Source of the DNA: Paraspadella gotoi | Lineage: Eukaryota; Animalia; Chaetognatha | Direction: 5' to 3' | Assembly: GCA_051294375.1 (NCBI GenBank) | Contig: CM119269.1 | Location: 11,266,883-11,330,882 of the forward strand | Length of the DNA stretch: 64,000 bases | Shown: piece by piece, positions 53,227 through 64,000 of the stretch | Layout: each line of letters opens with the position of its first letter | How positions within the stretch are numbered: the first letter of the stretch is position 1 | Notes under the pieces: model-generated | Told to the model about the DNA's origin: nothing | Databases searched by the model: none | The model's input: the letters and a program-made list of their open reading frames with translations, nothing else | Program-made: the position numbers and the translations under genes

Positions 53227-53392
53227 ATAGTGAGTCTGTGATTTGGCTTAGAGTCGGCGTCGACGGCGGGCATGAGGCCGATGACGGCTCGCGGTGGCGA
53301 GCCCTCGTCGACGAACATCTTGTAGGAGGACTGAGGGAACTTGGGCGGGTTGTCGTTCACGTCCATCACCAGGACATTCACCGTTGCCGTCG
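53227..53392 (-). CDS. Cadherin gene exon (ATATVNVLVMDVNDNPPKFPQSSYKMFVDEGSPPRAVIGLMPAVDADSKPNHRLT)
   Basis: DVNDNPPxF and AxDxD motifs. Acceptor CCTCACAG|, donor |GTAAGC, phase 1 to 2. Confidence 0.93.
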
Positions 53393-53535
53393 CTGTGAGG
53401 AAGGGGAGTATGAGGGAGAATGATAGTCGAAAATCACCTTTGTCAAATGTTCAGTTAAAGAATTGTTTTATTATTATTATTATTATTATTAAGTTATTAA
53501 CTCGATTTGTCAAAAAAAATTAAGGCATTAAAGTA

Positions 53536-54220
53536 CCCCGTGTCCGTTCGCGAGTGACACCAAAAAAATGCGTACCATTCTTCATTGGATGAATATTTTT
53601 TTAAATTTTTTTCTCTCATTTTATGGCAAAGTACCTGACGTTTATTATATTTTAATGTCATAAAATTAATTTTATATTTACTTAGGTAAAATAACCTTTC
53701 TTTCTTGGTCATTCAATTTCATCTTCAGTAAAAAAACTGAATTAAAAAAAAAGAAAATAATTATAAATTAATTACTCATTAATTACTTAAAATTATTGAA
53801 ATTAATTTATACCATTAACTGAAGCATTAACTGGGAATCCTTATGATATAAAATAATTATTCAAGACAATAAGAAACATGGTCAGGACAGCATTTTTTTT
53901 TATTTGGACGAATTGTACAAATAAAAAAATAAATAAAAAATCATTGCTCAAAAATTTATAAACATTACTATAATTCCAATATGCCATTTATTAGACCATT
54001 AATAGGGAGTTCTTACGATGTAAATTTTTTTTTAATGAAATTAAGAACACGCCTAAAATGTTCTTTTTTCGCCAATTTTACTGTGTTAGATAAAAAATTA
54101 ATCACAAAATGAAACTTATACATAAAAACGTCAACTAATGATATACTTATAAATTATATTTATTGAATATTTAAAGTATAGTAAAAATTTTTTTGGTGTC
54201 ACTCGCGAACGAACACGGGG
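53536..54220. mobile_element. 685-bp Tc1/mariner-type MITE
   Basis: TA|CCCCGTGTCCGTTCGCGAGTGACACCAAAAAAA ... TTTTTTTGGTGTCACTCGCGAACGAACACGGGG|TA: ~33-bp TIR with one mismatch and a TA TSD. Second copy at 59520-60205. Confidence 0.88.
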
Positions 54221-54633
54221 TATTTATTTAAGGAAAAGCAATAAAAATATATTCTTTAAAGATCTCCATTTTTAAGAGAGCGTGGGTCCAAAAAGTAAAA
54301 AATATTAGAAATTTTGAATCTTAAATTGTTTTATGATTTAGGATTTTATCTTAATTATTTATAAATTTTTTTTTCGTTTTCGATAAAAAAAAATAGGTTA
54401 GTTTGTAATATTATTATGGCTTGGTTTTGCGCCCTTGCATTGCAAACATGCGTTGCAAACATGTCTTCTTCCAGTTATTCCGAAAAACACAACCAAATTC
54501 TCTATTGTGGGTCATTCGCGCAAAGCGTTTTGTTTTGTCCCTCGGGTGACATGATATTGTTACTCTAACACTAAAAAGTGGGTCAACTACTTAAAATGAT
54601 TTATATGGATTTCAAATTCACATTTTGACTCAC

Positions 54634-54746
54634 CGCTGCGTGCTCGTCTCCCGTGATCTTTGGCCTCAACCACGATTTCGTAATTCTCGTTGACTTCGCG
54701 ATCCAACTCCCGCTGGGTGTAGATGCTTCCCGTCTCGCGATGAATT
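54634..54746 (-). CDS. Cadherin gene exon (GIHRETGSIYTQRELDREVNENYEIVVEAKDHGRRARS)
   Basis: LDRE and AxDxG motifs. Acceptor CCAATCAG|, donor |GTGAGT, phase 2 to 1. Confidence 0.93.
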
Positions 54747-54992
54747 CTGATTGGATGTTGGAAGATGGAAAAAGGATAATAATATAATAATATAACGTTA
54801 ATGTTGTATCCATTTAGATTGTCATCCATGTATTTATCGGTTTTAACTCTAATCTTCCGTTCGATTGAAATGATATTTTTCATACGTAGTACGTATAGTT
54901 CCATAAATTCAAAAGTTTATGAATTAAATTCTTCACACGGAAAGCGAAATCATAGCGAATCTTCCTTTGCACCTCCCGGCGGCGAAACTCAC

Positions 54993-55125
54993 CCAAACAC
55001 TTCGCCATAATTGCGATAGTCACGTGACCTCCCTCCGAGAACCCGGATGTCCAGGATCCGGTAGGAAACGACGGCGTTGTCGCCTGCGTCGATGTCGCGA
55101 GCCTCGACGGAAGTGATGGCCGTAC
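54993..55125 (-). CDS. Cadherin gene exon, most 5' intact exon in window (TAITSVEARDIDAGDNAVVSYRILD...GEVF)
   Basis: AxDxDxGxN..Y motif. Acceptor TCTTACCAG|, donor |GTGAGT, phase 1 to 2. Confidence 0.93.
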
Positions 55126-55864
55126 CTGGTAAGACACGGCGAATTTATTCCACGAAATATAATATAATATAAAATATAATAAACATAAGAAATAATAAAC
55201 ACACATAGTATATACATATACTATGTATGTTTATTATAGGTTAGGATTCAAAACTTATAATTTTTGGCAAGAGAAATTGAAATATTTTTCAAAAATTATT
55301 GAATGCTTAGTGTTTATTCTATCATTCCCCCAAATATTATTAATCTTTATTATAATTTCACAGTTTACCAGGTGACATAAACCGGATAAGGTGTCAGTAT
55401 CCTTCTGCGCGCTAATCGATCAAAAATAGATTTGACACTGATTTTCATTCCCGGTAACGCTATAAATGAGGCCAAAAAGTTTGCTGCGTCAGATAAAGAT
55501 GAGCTACGAATGAGGAGTGATATTATTAACCCGGATTAAAAATTTACATGGTATCATATTATTATCATATATTATTCGACTTTGCTTTTAAACTGTACCA
55601 ACAATTGTCTTACATACATACATATGCTGGAAATTCTTTAATAAAACAACAACATAACATCGCAAAGAACCAATAGCGCAAAAAAAAGCACAAATAAAAG
55701 CGAACAATGCTTGGGGCAAAACAGGAAACCAACAAATAAATCAGCCACCGTTTAAAATCTCCGTCGAAAAAAAAAGGAGAAAAAGATTCGGCAATAAAGC
55801 GTTTCGGGGTTCGCCCTGTCGTCTTCCTTTCGCAATCCCATCCATCCTCCACTCAATTGCTTCC

Positions 55865-55943
<79 letters not shown>

Positions 55944-56050
55944 TCTCTGTTTCTGTCTCTCTCTGTCTCTCTCTTCTGTCTCTCCTCTCTGTCTTCTGTC
56001 TCTCTCTCTCTCTGTTTCTGTCTCTCTCTCTCTCTGCTATCTCTCTCTCT

Positions 56051-56135
<85 letters not shown>

Positions 56136-56318
56136 CTTTCTTCTTTCTTTTCTTTCTTTTCTTTTCTTTTTTCTTTCTTTCTTTCTTTCTTTCTTTCTTT
56201 TCTTTCTTTCTTTCTTTCTTTTTCTTTCTTTCTTTCTTGCATTCTTTCTTTACTATTCTAATTATTTTTTAATTTTCTTCCTCTTTCTTTTGCTCTCGAT
56301 CTTTTTGTCTGTTTGTGC

Positions 56319-56378
<60 letters not shown>

Positions 56379-56763
56379 TTCTTCTCTCTATTCTCTTTCT
56401 CGCGGCCACCACAGCCTTGAAAGTTGAAACATTTCCCCTTTCCGAAAAAAAACCCCTATTGATTAAATTGGAATGTTTTTCCAGCTCCCCAAATGTGAGC
56501 CGTGACAGCATTAAGTGCAATCACGCGCAACCACTTGACTAGGCGTCACATCCTCAGAGACTTTCTTGTCTTTTCCTCGGAATATTTTTTCATACTTTAA
56601 AACCGCCGCGCAAAACACAAACTCCTTTCAAAAAAGTGTCTGCTGATAAATTTGAGCTCCGACAGCTCAGAAAGAAAAAAAAAACCTCCGGCCGACGAAC
56701 GACAAACTAAAGAAAGATACAGGCCACAACTTTGTAGGCTGCCAAGAAACATTGACATCGCTG

Positions 56764-56788
56764 NNNNNNNNNNNNNNNNNNNNNNNNN
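56764..56788. other. Assembly gap (25 N)
   Basis: 25 consecutive N exactly at the junction between two copies of the same ~5.9-kb segment. Confidence 0.99.
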
Positions 56789-58423
56789 TGAAGAATGTAC
56801 ATTTGTTAGAATGTACATCTAAGTTATATTTTTCCCTAGTTCAGAGGGTCTGTGCTTGCAAACAGTCGCCAGTCAGCTACCAAACGAGCGCCACATTTTT
56901 CCTCATCGAATTTTCATTATCTCAACTGTTTTACTTTCCCCTCTCCATTTTTTCCCTTTTCTACCCACGGTCCTATTATTTATCCTTTCTATTCTTTTTT
57001 ATCCTTTTATTCTCCCTTCTTTGAATCCGAGTTCGTGCTTAATTCCGCTTCGCATTCACTAATCATGAGTGCAAGAACTCAATCGCTGCCTATTTTATTA
57101 GACGCGAGAGAGGACAAAGAGAGGAGATAGATAGAGGAGAGAGTGAAAGAGAATCCTTATTTTTGTTTTGGTCTCCGTCAATCGCGCGCGGTGAAGGGCC
57201 GATGGGGGAGGGCGCTCGAAAGGCTACGGGTTAGCGTCGTTTGGCAGCGTTGGAGATTGAGGAGAGGAATGGAGTATACGTAGAAAGATCGGAACTGTTG
57301 ATGAGCGGAAGAGTGTACATTTTTACTGTTACAAAGTTGTAAGCTTGCTGGTTCCATATTATGGTCACTTAATTTCATATGATTAAATCAGAAAAAAAAT
57401 TTACTTTATTGTCACGAGGAATGAAAAAAAAAAATATTGCAGCATGAAGTGAATTGAAGTGAGTACAACACTAAAAAGCGTAAGTAAAATTTCTAAATTA
57501 ACTTTAATTAAAATTCTAAAAAAGTGAGGAACGAACAATATTATACTTAATGAACATTTATGTAATAAAAAAATTATAAAAATTTATACAAATTTATGCA
57601 GTAGGCCATATTTATAGCTAGTACCTAAACCAATAAATGTTTAAATTTCAAAACAGTTTTTTTAAGATTTTTTTTGCATGCATTGATTTCCTCATAAAAA
57701 AAGTTGATAAAAAGAATTAAACTCTTTTTAAAAATTTCTTATTAAGTGGGTCAAAAATAATAAGAAAAAAAAGCCTATATTTTAAGCCTGAAAAATAATT
57801 ACTTTTATTATATATAAATATTAGTTTTTTTAATTTTATAACCCCACTTAATTGAAAGAATTTTTTTTAAAAATGATTTATATTTTCTTATCAACTTTTT
57901 GATCTGAAAGGAATTTCAATCTTGCAATCAAAATAAGAGAAAGCCTATTTTGGAAAATTTTATATTATAAGGATAGTACTATATATAAATATAGACCTAC
58001 TGCGAAAATTAAAAAAAACATAAATAATTAATTTTTTTTAATTAATTCAACTGATTGTATTTGTTCATAATTGACTTTTAGAATTTCGTATGTAACTTTT
58101 TTCACTATGCCTTAGTACACACACCAGAATCATGGAACGCATTATTCAGCATATTTTCATGCATATTCAGCACACACTTTCTATTTACAGGATACTCTTT
58201 CAAAACTGCATAGGACAAGAAAATTTTGCGACGAAATTTGCATTAACGAGAAAGTCAAGGACGGAAATCACGACGACGACGACGACGACGGACGACGACG
58301 ACGACCACGACGACGACGACGAGTTTATTGTTCGAATACTGGAAAAGGGTAAAGATTAAAAAAAGACTTTCTTACCTTTGAGCGAAAAAGTCTCAAGGTT
58401 TAAACACGAGAGGGAGAGGGAGA

Positions 58424-58470
<47 letters not shown>

Positions 58471-58902
58471 GAGAAGAGGAGAGAGAGAGATATTCTGTCT
58501 TCGACCCAAATAGTCATTTCACTGCGTTGTTTTTTTTTAGCGTCTGTAAAAGCGTAACGTCACTTTGGGATCCATAACAAAACTAACGTAAAAAACTTTC
58601 GTAATAATTTTTATAATCATGTCAAACTTCATGAACTTCGATCATCTTTATCATGAAATTCATCAAAAACTCACATCTGTCTTCGGCGGTGACAGTTCAT
58701 TCTCGTAGGAATCCTGCACCTCCCGGTCCAACCGACTCTTGATCCCGATGTGACCCTGGTGATCCACGAAGAACGGGCGACGTCGTCGCGGTACAGCGGG
58801 AGTAACTGACCAAAACGAGAAAAAAAAGTGGTCAGTCTCAAAAAAAGGAGAAAAATTGAAAATGAGGAGAAAAAGTTGTCATGACTGTCAGGTAGATAGA
58901 GA

Positions 58903-58939
<37 letters not shown>

Positions 58940-61854
58940 CAGGAGAGAGTGAGAGAGAGAGAGAGAGATGGGGAGTCAAAAAGATAAATTAGTTTGTTCA
59001 CTGGTATAATTTTTTTCTTAAACTGAACTGTTACTAGTAAATAAAAAAGGTTACTACTAGTAGATACAATGTTTAAGTATCATGTGAAAACACGATTGTC
59101 ACGACATATATTTATCAAAACTAAATATTGTTAATTAGTCGACCGGTTTAAAGAATAATTAACGGCTATTACAGTAGCATAAAACCACGACAAATCTCCG
59201 GCTTACATAGTGAGTCTGTGATTTGGCTTAGAGTCGGGCGTCGACGGCGGGCATGAGGCCGATTGACGGCTCGCGGTGGCGAGCCCTCGTCGACGGAAAC
59301 ATTCTTGTAGGAGGACTGAGGAACTTGGGGCGGGTTGTCGTTCACGTCCATCAACCAGGACATTCACCGTTGCGTCGCTGTGAGGAAGGGGAGTATGAGG
59401 GGAGAATGATAGTCGAAAATCACCTTTGTCAAATGTTCAGTTAAAGAATTGTTTATTATTATTATTATTATTATTAAGTTATTAACTCGATTTGTCAAAA
59501 AAAATTAAGCATTAAAGTACCCCGTGTCCGTTCGCGAGTGTGACACCAAAAAAATGCGTACCATTCTTCATTGGATTAATATTTTTTTTAAATTTTTTTC
59601 TCTCATTTTATGGCAAAGTACCTGACGTTTATTATATTTTAATGTCATAAAATTAATTTTATATTTACTTAGGTAAAATCACCTTTCTTTCTTGGTCATT
59701 CAATTCATCTTCAGTAAAAAAACTGAATTAAAAAAAAGAAATAATTATAAATTAATTACTCATTAATTACTTAAAATTATTGAAATTAATTTATACCATT
59801 AACTGAAGCATTAACTGGGAATCCTTATGATATAAAATAATTATTCAAGACAATAAGAAACATGGTCAGGACAGCATTTTTTTTTATTTGGACGAATTGT
59901 ACAAATAAAAAAATAAATAAAAAAATCATTGCTCAAAAATTATAAACATTACTATAATTCCAATATGCGCATTTATTAGACCATTAATAGGGAGTTCTTA
60001 CGATGTAAATTTTTTTTTAATGAAATTAAGAACACGGCCTAAAATGTTCTTTTTTTCGCCAATTTTACTGTGTTAGATAAAAAATTAATCACAAAATGAA
60101 AATTATACATAAAAACGTCAACTAATGATATACTTATAAATTATATTTATTGAATATTTAAAGTATAGTAAAAATTTTTTGGTGTCCTCGCGAACGAACA
60201 CGGGGTATTTATTTAAGGAAAAGCAATAAAAATATATTCTTTAAAGATCTCCATTTTTAAGAGAGCGTGGGTCCAAAAAGTAAAAAAATATTAGGAATTT
60301 GAATCTTAAATTGTTTTATGATTTAGGATTTTATCTTATTATTTTTATAAATTTTTTTTTCGTTTTCGATAAAAAAAAAATAGGTTAGTTTGTAATATTA
60401 TTATGGCTTGGTTTGCGCCCTTGCATTGCAAACATGCGTTGCAAAACATGTCTTCTTCCAGTTATTCCGAAAAAACAACCAAATTCTCTATTGTGGGTCA
60501 TTCGCGCAAGCGTTTTGTTTTTGTCCCTCGGGTGACATGATATTGTTACTCTAACACTAAAAAAAGTGGGTCAACTTACTTAAAATGATTTATATGGATT
60601 TTCAAATTCACATTTGACCACCGCTGCGTGCTCGTCTCCCGTGATCTTTGGCCTCAACCACGATTTCGTAATTCTCGTTGACTTCGCGATTCAACTCCCG
60701 CTGGGTGTAGATGCTTCCCGTCTCGCGATGAATTCTGATTGGATGTTGGAAGATGGAAAAAAGGATAATAATTATAAATAATATAACGTTAATGTTGTAT
60801 CCATTTAGATTGTCATCCATGTATTTATCGCGTTTTAACTCTAATCTTCCGGTTCGATTGAAATGATATTTTTCATACGTAGTACGTATAGTTCCATAAA
60901 TTCAAAAGTTTATGAATTAAATTCTTCACACGGAAAGCGAAATCATAGCGAATCTTCCTTTGCACCTCCCGGCGGCGAAACTCACCCAAACACTTCGCCA
61001 TAATTGCGATAGTCACGTGACCTCCTCGAGAACCCGGATGTCCAGGATCGCGTAGGAAACGACGGCGTTGTCGCCTGCGTCGATGTCGCGAGCCTCGACC
61101 GGAAGTGATGGCCGTACCTGGTAAGACACGGCGAATTTATTCCACGAAATATAATATAATATAAATATAATAAACATTAAGAAATAATAAACACACAATA
61201 GTATATACATAATACTATGTATGTTTATTATAGGTTAGGAATTCAAAACTTATAATTTTTGGCAAGAGAATTGAAATATTTTTCAAAATTATTGAATGCT
61301 TAGTGTTTATTCTATCATTCCCCAAATATTATTAATCTTTATTATAATTTCACAGTTTACCAGGTGACATAAACCGGATAAGGTGTCAGTATCCTTCTGC
61401 GCGCTAATCGATCAAAAATAGATTTGACACTGATTTTCATTCCCGTAACGCTATAAATGAGGCCAAAAAGTTTGCTGCGTCAGATAAAGATGAGCCTACG
61501 AATGAGGAGTGATATTTATTAACCCGGATTAAAAATTACATGGTATCATATTATTATCATATATTATTCGACTTTGCTTTTAAACTGTACCAACAATTGT
61601 CTTACATACATACATATGCTGGAAATTCTTTAATAAAACAACAACATAACATCGCAAAGAACCAATAGCGCAAAAAAAAGCACAAATAAAAAGCGAACAA
61701 TGCTTGGGGCAAAACAGGAAAACCAACAAATAAATCAGCCACCGTTTAAAATCTCGTCGAAAAAAAAAGAGAAAAGATTCGGCAAATAAAGCGTTTCGGG
61801 GTTCGTCTGTCGTCTTCCTTTCGCAATCCATCCATCCTCCACTCAATTGCTTCC

Positions 61855-61931
<77 letters not shown>

Positions 61932-62048
61932 GTTTCTGTCTCTCTCTGTCTCTCTCTCTGTCTCTCCTCTCCTGTTTCTGTCTCTCTCTCTCTCTGTTTC
62001 TGTCTCTCTCTCTCTCTGCTATCTCTCTCTCCTTCTCTCTTCTCTCTT

Positions 62049-62111
<63 letters not shown>

Positions 62112-62293
62112 CTTTCTTTCTTTCTTTTCTTTCTTTTCTTTTTTTTTTCTTTCTTTCTTCTTTCTTTCTTTCTTTTCTTTCTTTCTTTCTTTCTTTTTCT
62201 TTCTTTCTTTCTTGCATTCTTTCTTTACTTATTCTAATTATTTTTTAATTTTCTTCCTCTTTCTTTTGCTCTCGATCTTTTTGTCTGTTTGTG

Positions 62294-62347
<54 letters not shown>

Positions 62348-62714
62348 TTCTCTCTCTATTCTCTTTCTCGCGGCCACCACAGCCTTGAAAGTTGAAAAAT
62401 TTCCCCTTTCCGAAAAAAAACCCCTATTATTAAATTGGAATGTTTTTCAGCTTCCCAAATGTGAGCCGTGACAGCATTAAGTGCAATCACGCGCAACCAC
62501 TTGACTAGCGTCACATCCTCAGAGACTTTCTTGTCTTTCCTCGGAATATTTTTCATACTTTAAAACGCGCCGCGCAAAACACAAAACTCCTTTCAAAAAA
62601 GTGCTGCTGATAAATTTGAGCTCCGACAGCTCAGAAAGAAAAAAAAACTCCGGCACGAACGGGACAAACTAAAGAAAGATACAGGCCCACAACTTTGTAG
62701 GCTGCCAAGAAACA
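56789..62714. repeat. Direct duplicate of 50901-56752 (probable assembly artefact)
   Basis: Collinear over ~5.9 kb, including MITEs and exons. Differences are mostly 1-2-nt indels. Confidence 0.92.
58675..61117 (-). pseudogene. Indel-damaged second copies of four cadherin exons (likely artefactual)
   Basis: Copies at ~58675-58806, ~59207-59377, ~60622-60734 (donor reads GTGGTC) and ~60986-61117 carry scattered indels relative to the intact copies. Confidence 0.7.
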
Positions 62715-62737
62715 ATTATCATACACACATCGCTACA

Positions 62738-62801
<64 letters not shown>

Positions 62802-64000
62802 TCTCTCTCTCTTCTTTTCTCCCCTCTCTTTTTCTCTCATGTCCAGCTTCTGCTTGCATGTGGAGCGACATTTATTTTTCTTAACCTTAATTAAACGGAA
62901 GCATGGTTTCTTTTAAAAGAGAAAATAAGAAAGAACGTGAGGAACGAGCGGGAGGCGAAGTAGGATGAGGAGAAAGAGGACGGAAGAAGAAGTAGGAGAG
63001 AAAGGACGATAGGAGGAAGTCGCTTCGAGAAAAAAAAGAGGAAATAAAAAAATGAGAAGAAAAGGGAAAAACGGGAGATCCTTTTTTTTTTCTTGTCGGA
63101 GAAAAGGTGGAGATAAGAGAGTCAGCGGAAGGAGAAGAGAACTAAAAGGAAAGAAAGGAGGAAAGGAGGAAAGGAAAAGACAAAGAGGGAGAAAAGCGAG
63201 ACGATTGAAAAGGAGGAAAGGGAGGCTTAAAATTGATGGCGATCAGCGACACCGTCCGTCGAGAGAAATTAAAACGATCACGCAAACCTCGATTCCAACC
63301 GACGAGTTTTCCGCGTGGGAGGGGGAAAGGGGGAGGATGAGGAAAAACAGGTTGGGGGGGGAATCAACTCGCTCGATCTCCAGGGAAAACACAAAACAGT
63401 TTATGTTTTTTTGGTCGTTAGACTCGAGAGGAAACAAAGGATACAGGATGTTTTTTTTCATACGGGACGAATCGATTCAGTTTTGTCGAGAAAAAAGGAA
63501 GAAACGAAACTCAAAACTCAAAGTTGGAAGCGTTCGAACAACACTGCACCTCAATCATCCGACGTCTCACGTGCAACCTGTTGCGCATTCATCGCTTTCT
63601 CGACAAAAGGGCGAGCGTTGGGATTTCGCAATTTTTAATCTTTTCCGAGAAGCGAAAAACTGAAAGCAAATCAAAAAATATTTCTGCTTTCGCTTTCGTT
63701 GACTTCAAACGATCTTCGGCTCTCTTTTCCGACAGTGCCTCATTTCCGATCATTAGTTTAATCCCTAACTCAATCCCTAATCAATTAAACGTAGTGAGAA
63801 AAAGAGAGTTCAATAATTTACTCGATCGTATTCGAAATTGTATTTATGCAGGAGACGGGTCCGAGGTCCACGTGCCGTAAATAATCGCGAAAACGATACA
63901 GATAATACAAAAACGACAAAAACATAACCATAGGCATAGCATGTCAAAAAGCTTAGTTATTAAATGAATGAATCATTTTTACTTTGGGCGTACCAATTTT

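Noticed and set aside
58675-61117. Duplicated cadherin exons as a Dscam-like mutually exclusive exon array
   Set aside because: Introns and MITEs are duplicated too, the differences are indels rather than substitutions, and the junction is an N gap.

Overview
This is eukaryotic (invertebrate animal-like) draft-genome DNA: AT-rich, full of (AG)n/(AAAG)n/(GAC)n microsatellites, and not CpG-depleted. Nearly all ORFs in the supplied track are microsatellite or antisense noise. The main gene is the 3' part of a minus-strand cadherin-superfamily gene. I assembled 12 GT-AG exons with consistent phases (55125 down to 11799, about 645 codons), encoding about 3 cadherin repeats, a TM helix and a ~273-aa tail; the 5' end lies beyond the window. 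One inferred intron is 33.65 kb (14904-48556). It holds an apparently intact U6 snRNA gene with TATA, PSE-like and octamer elements, a 3-kb Helentron-type (DINE-1/HINE-like) element, a structured-RNA candidate with RNase P-like motifs, and a 7-kb non-autonomous hAT element (8-bp TSD). Nested in the hAT element are a foldback element, a Kolobok-like TTAA element, CCCTAA-based satellite DNA and three Penelope-type hammerhead ribozyme motifs. 56789-62714 is an indel-rich second copy of 50901-56752 across a 25-N gap, most likely a gap-filling artefact. A decayed multi-exon gene with an AT-hook may lie at about 740-2970. All calls come from reading the sequence by eye; no database searches were run.
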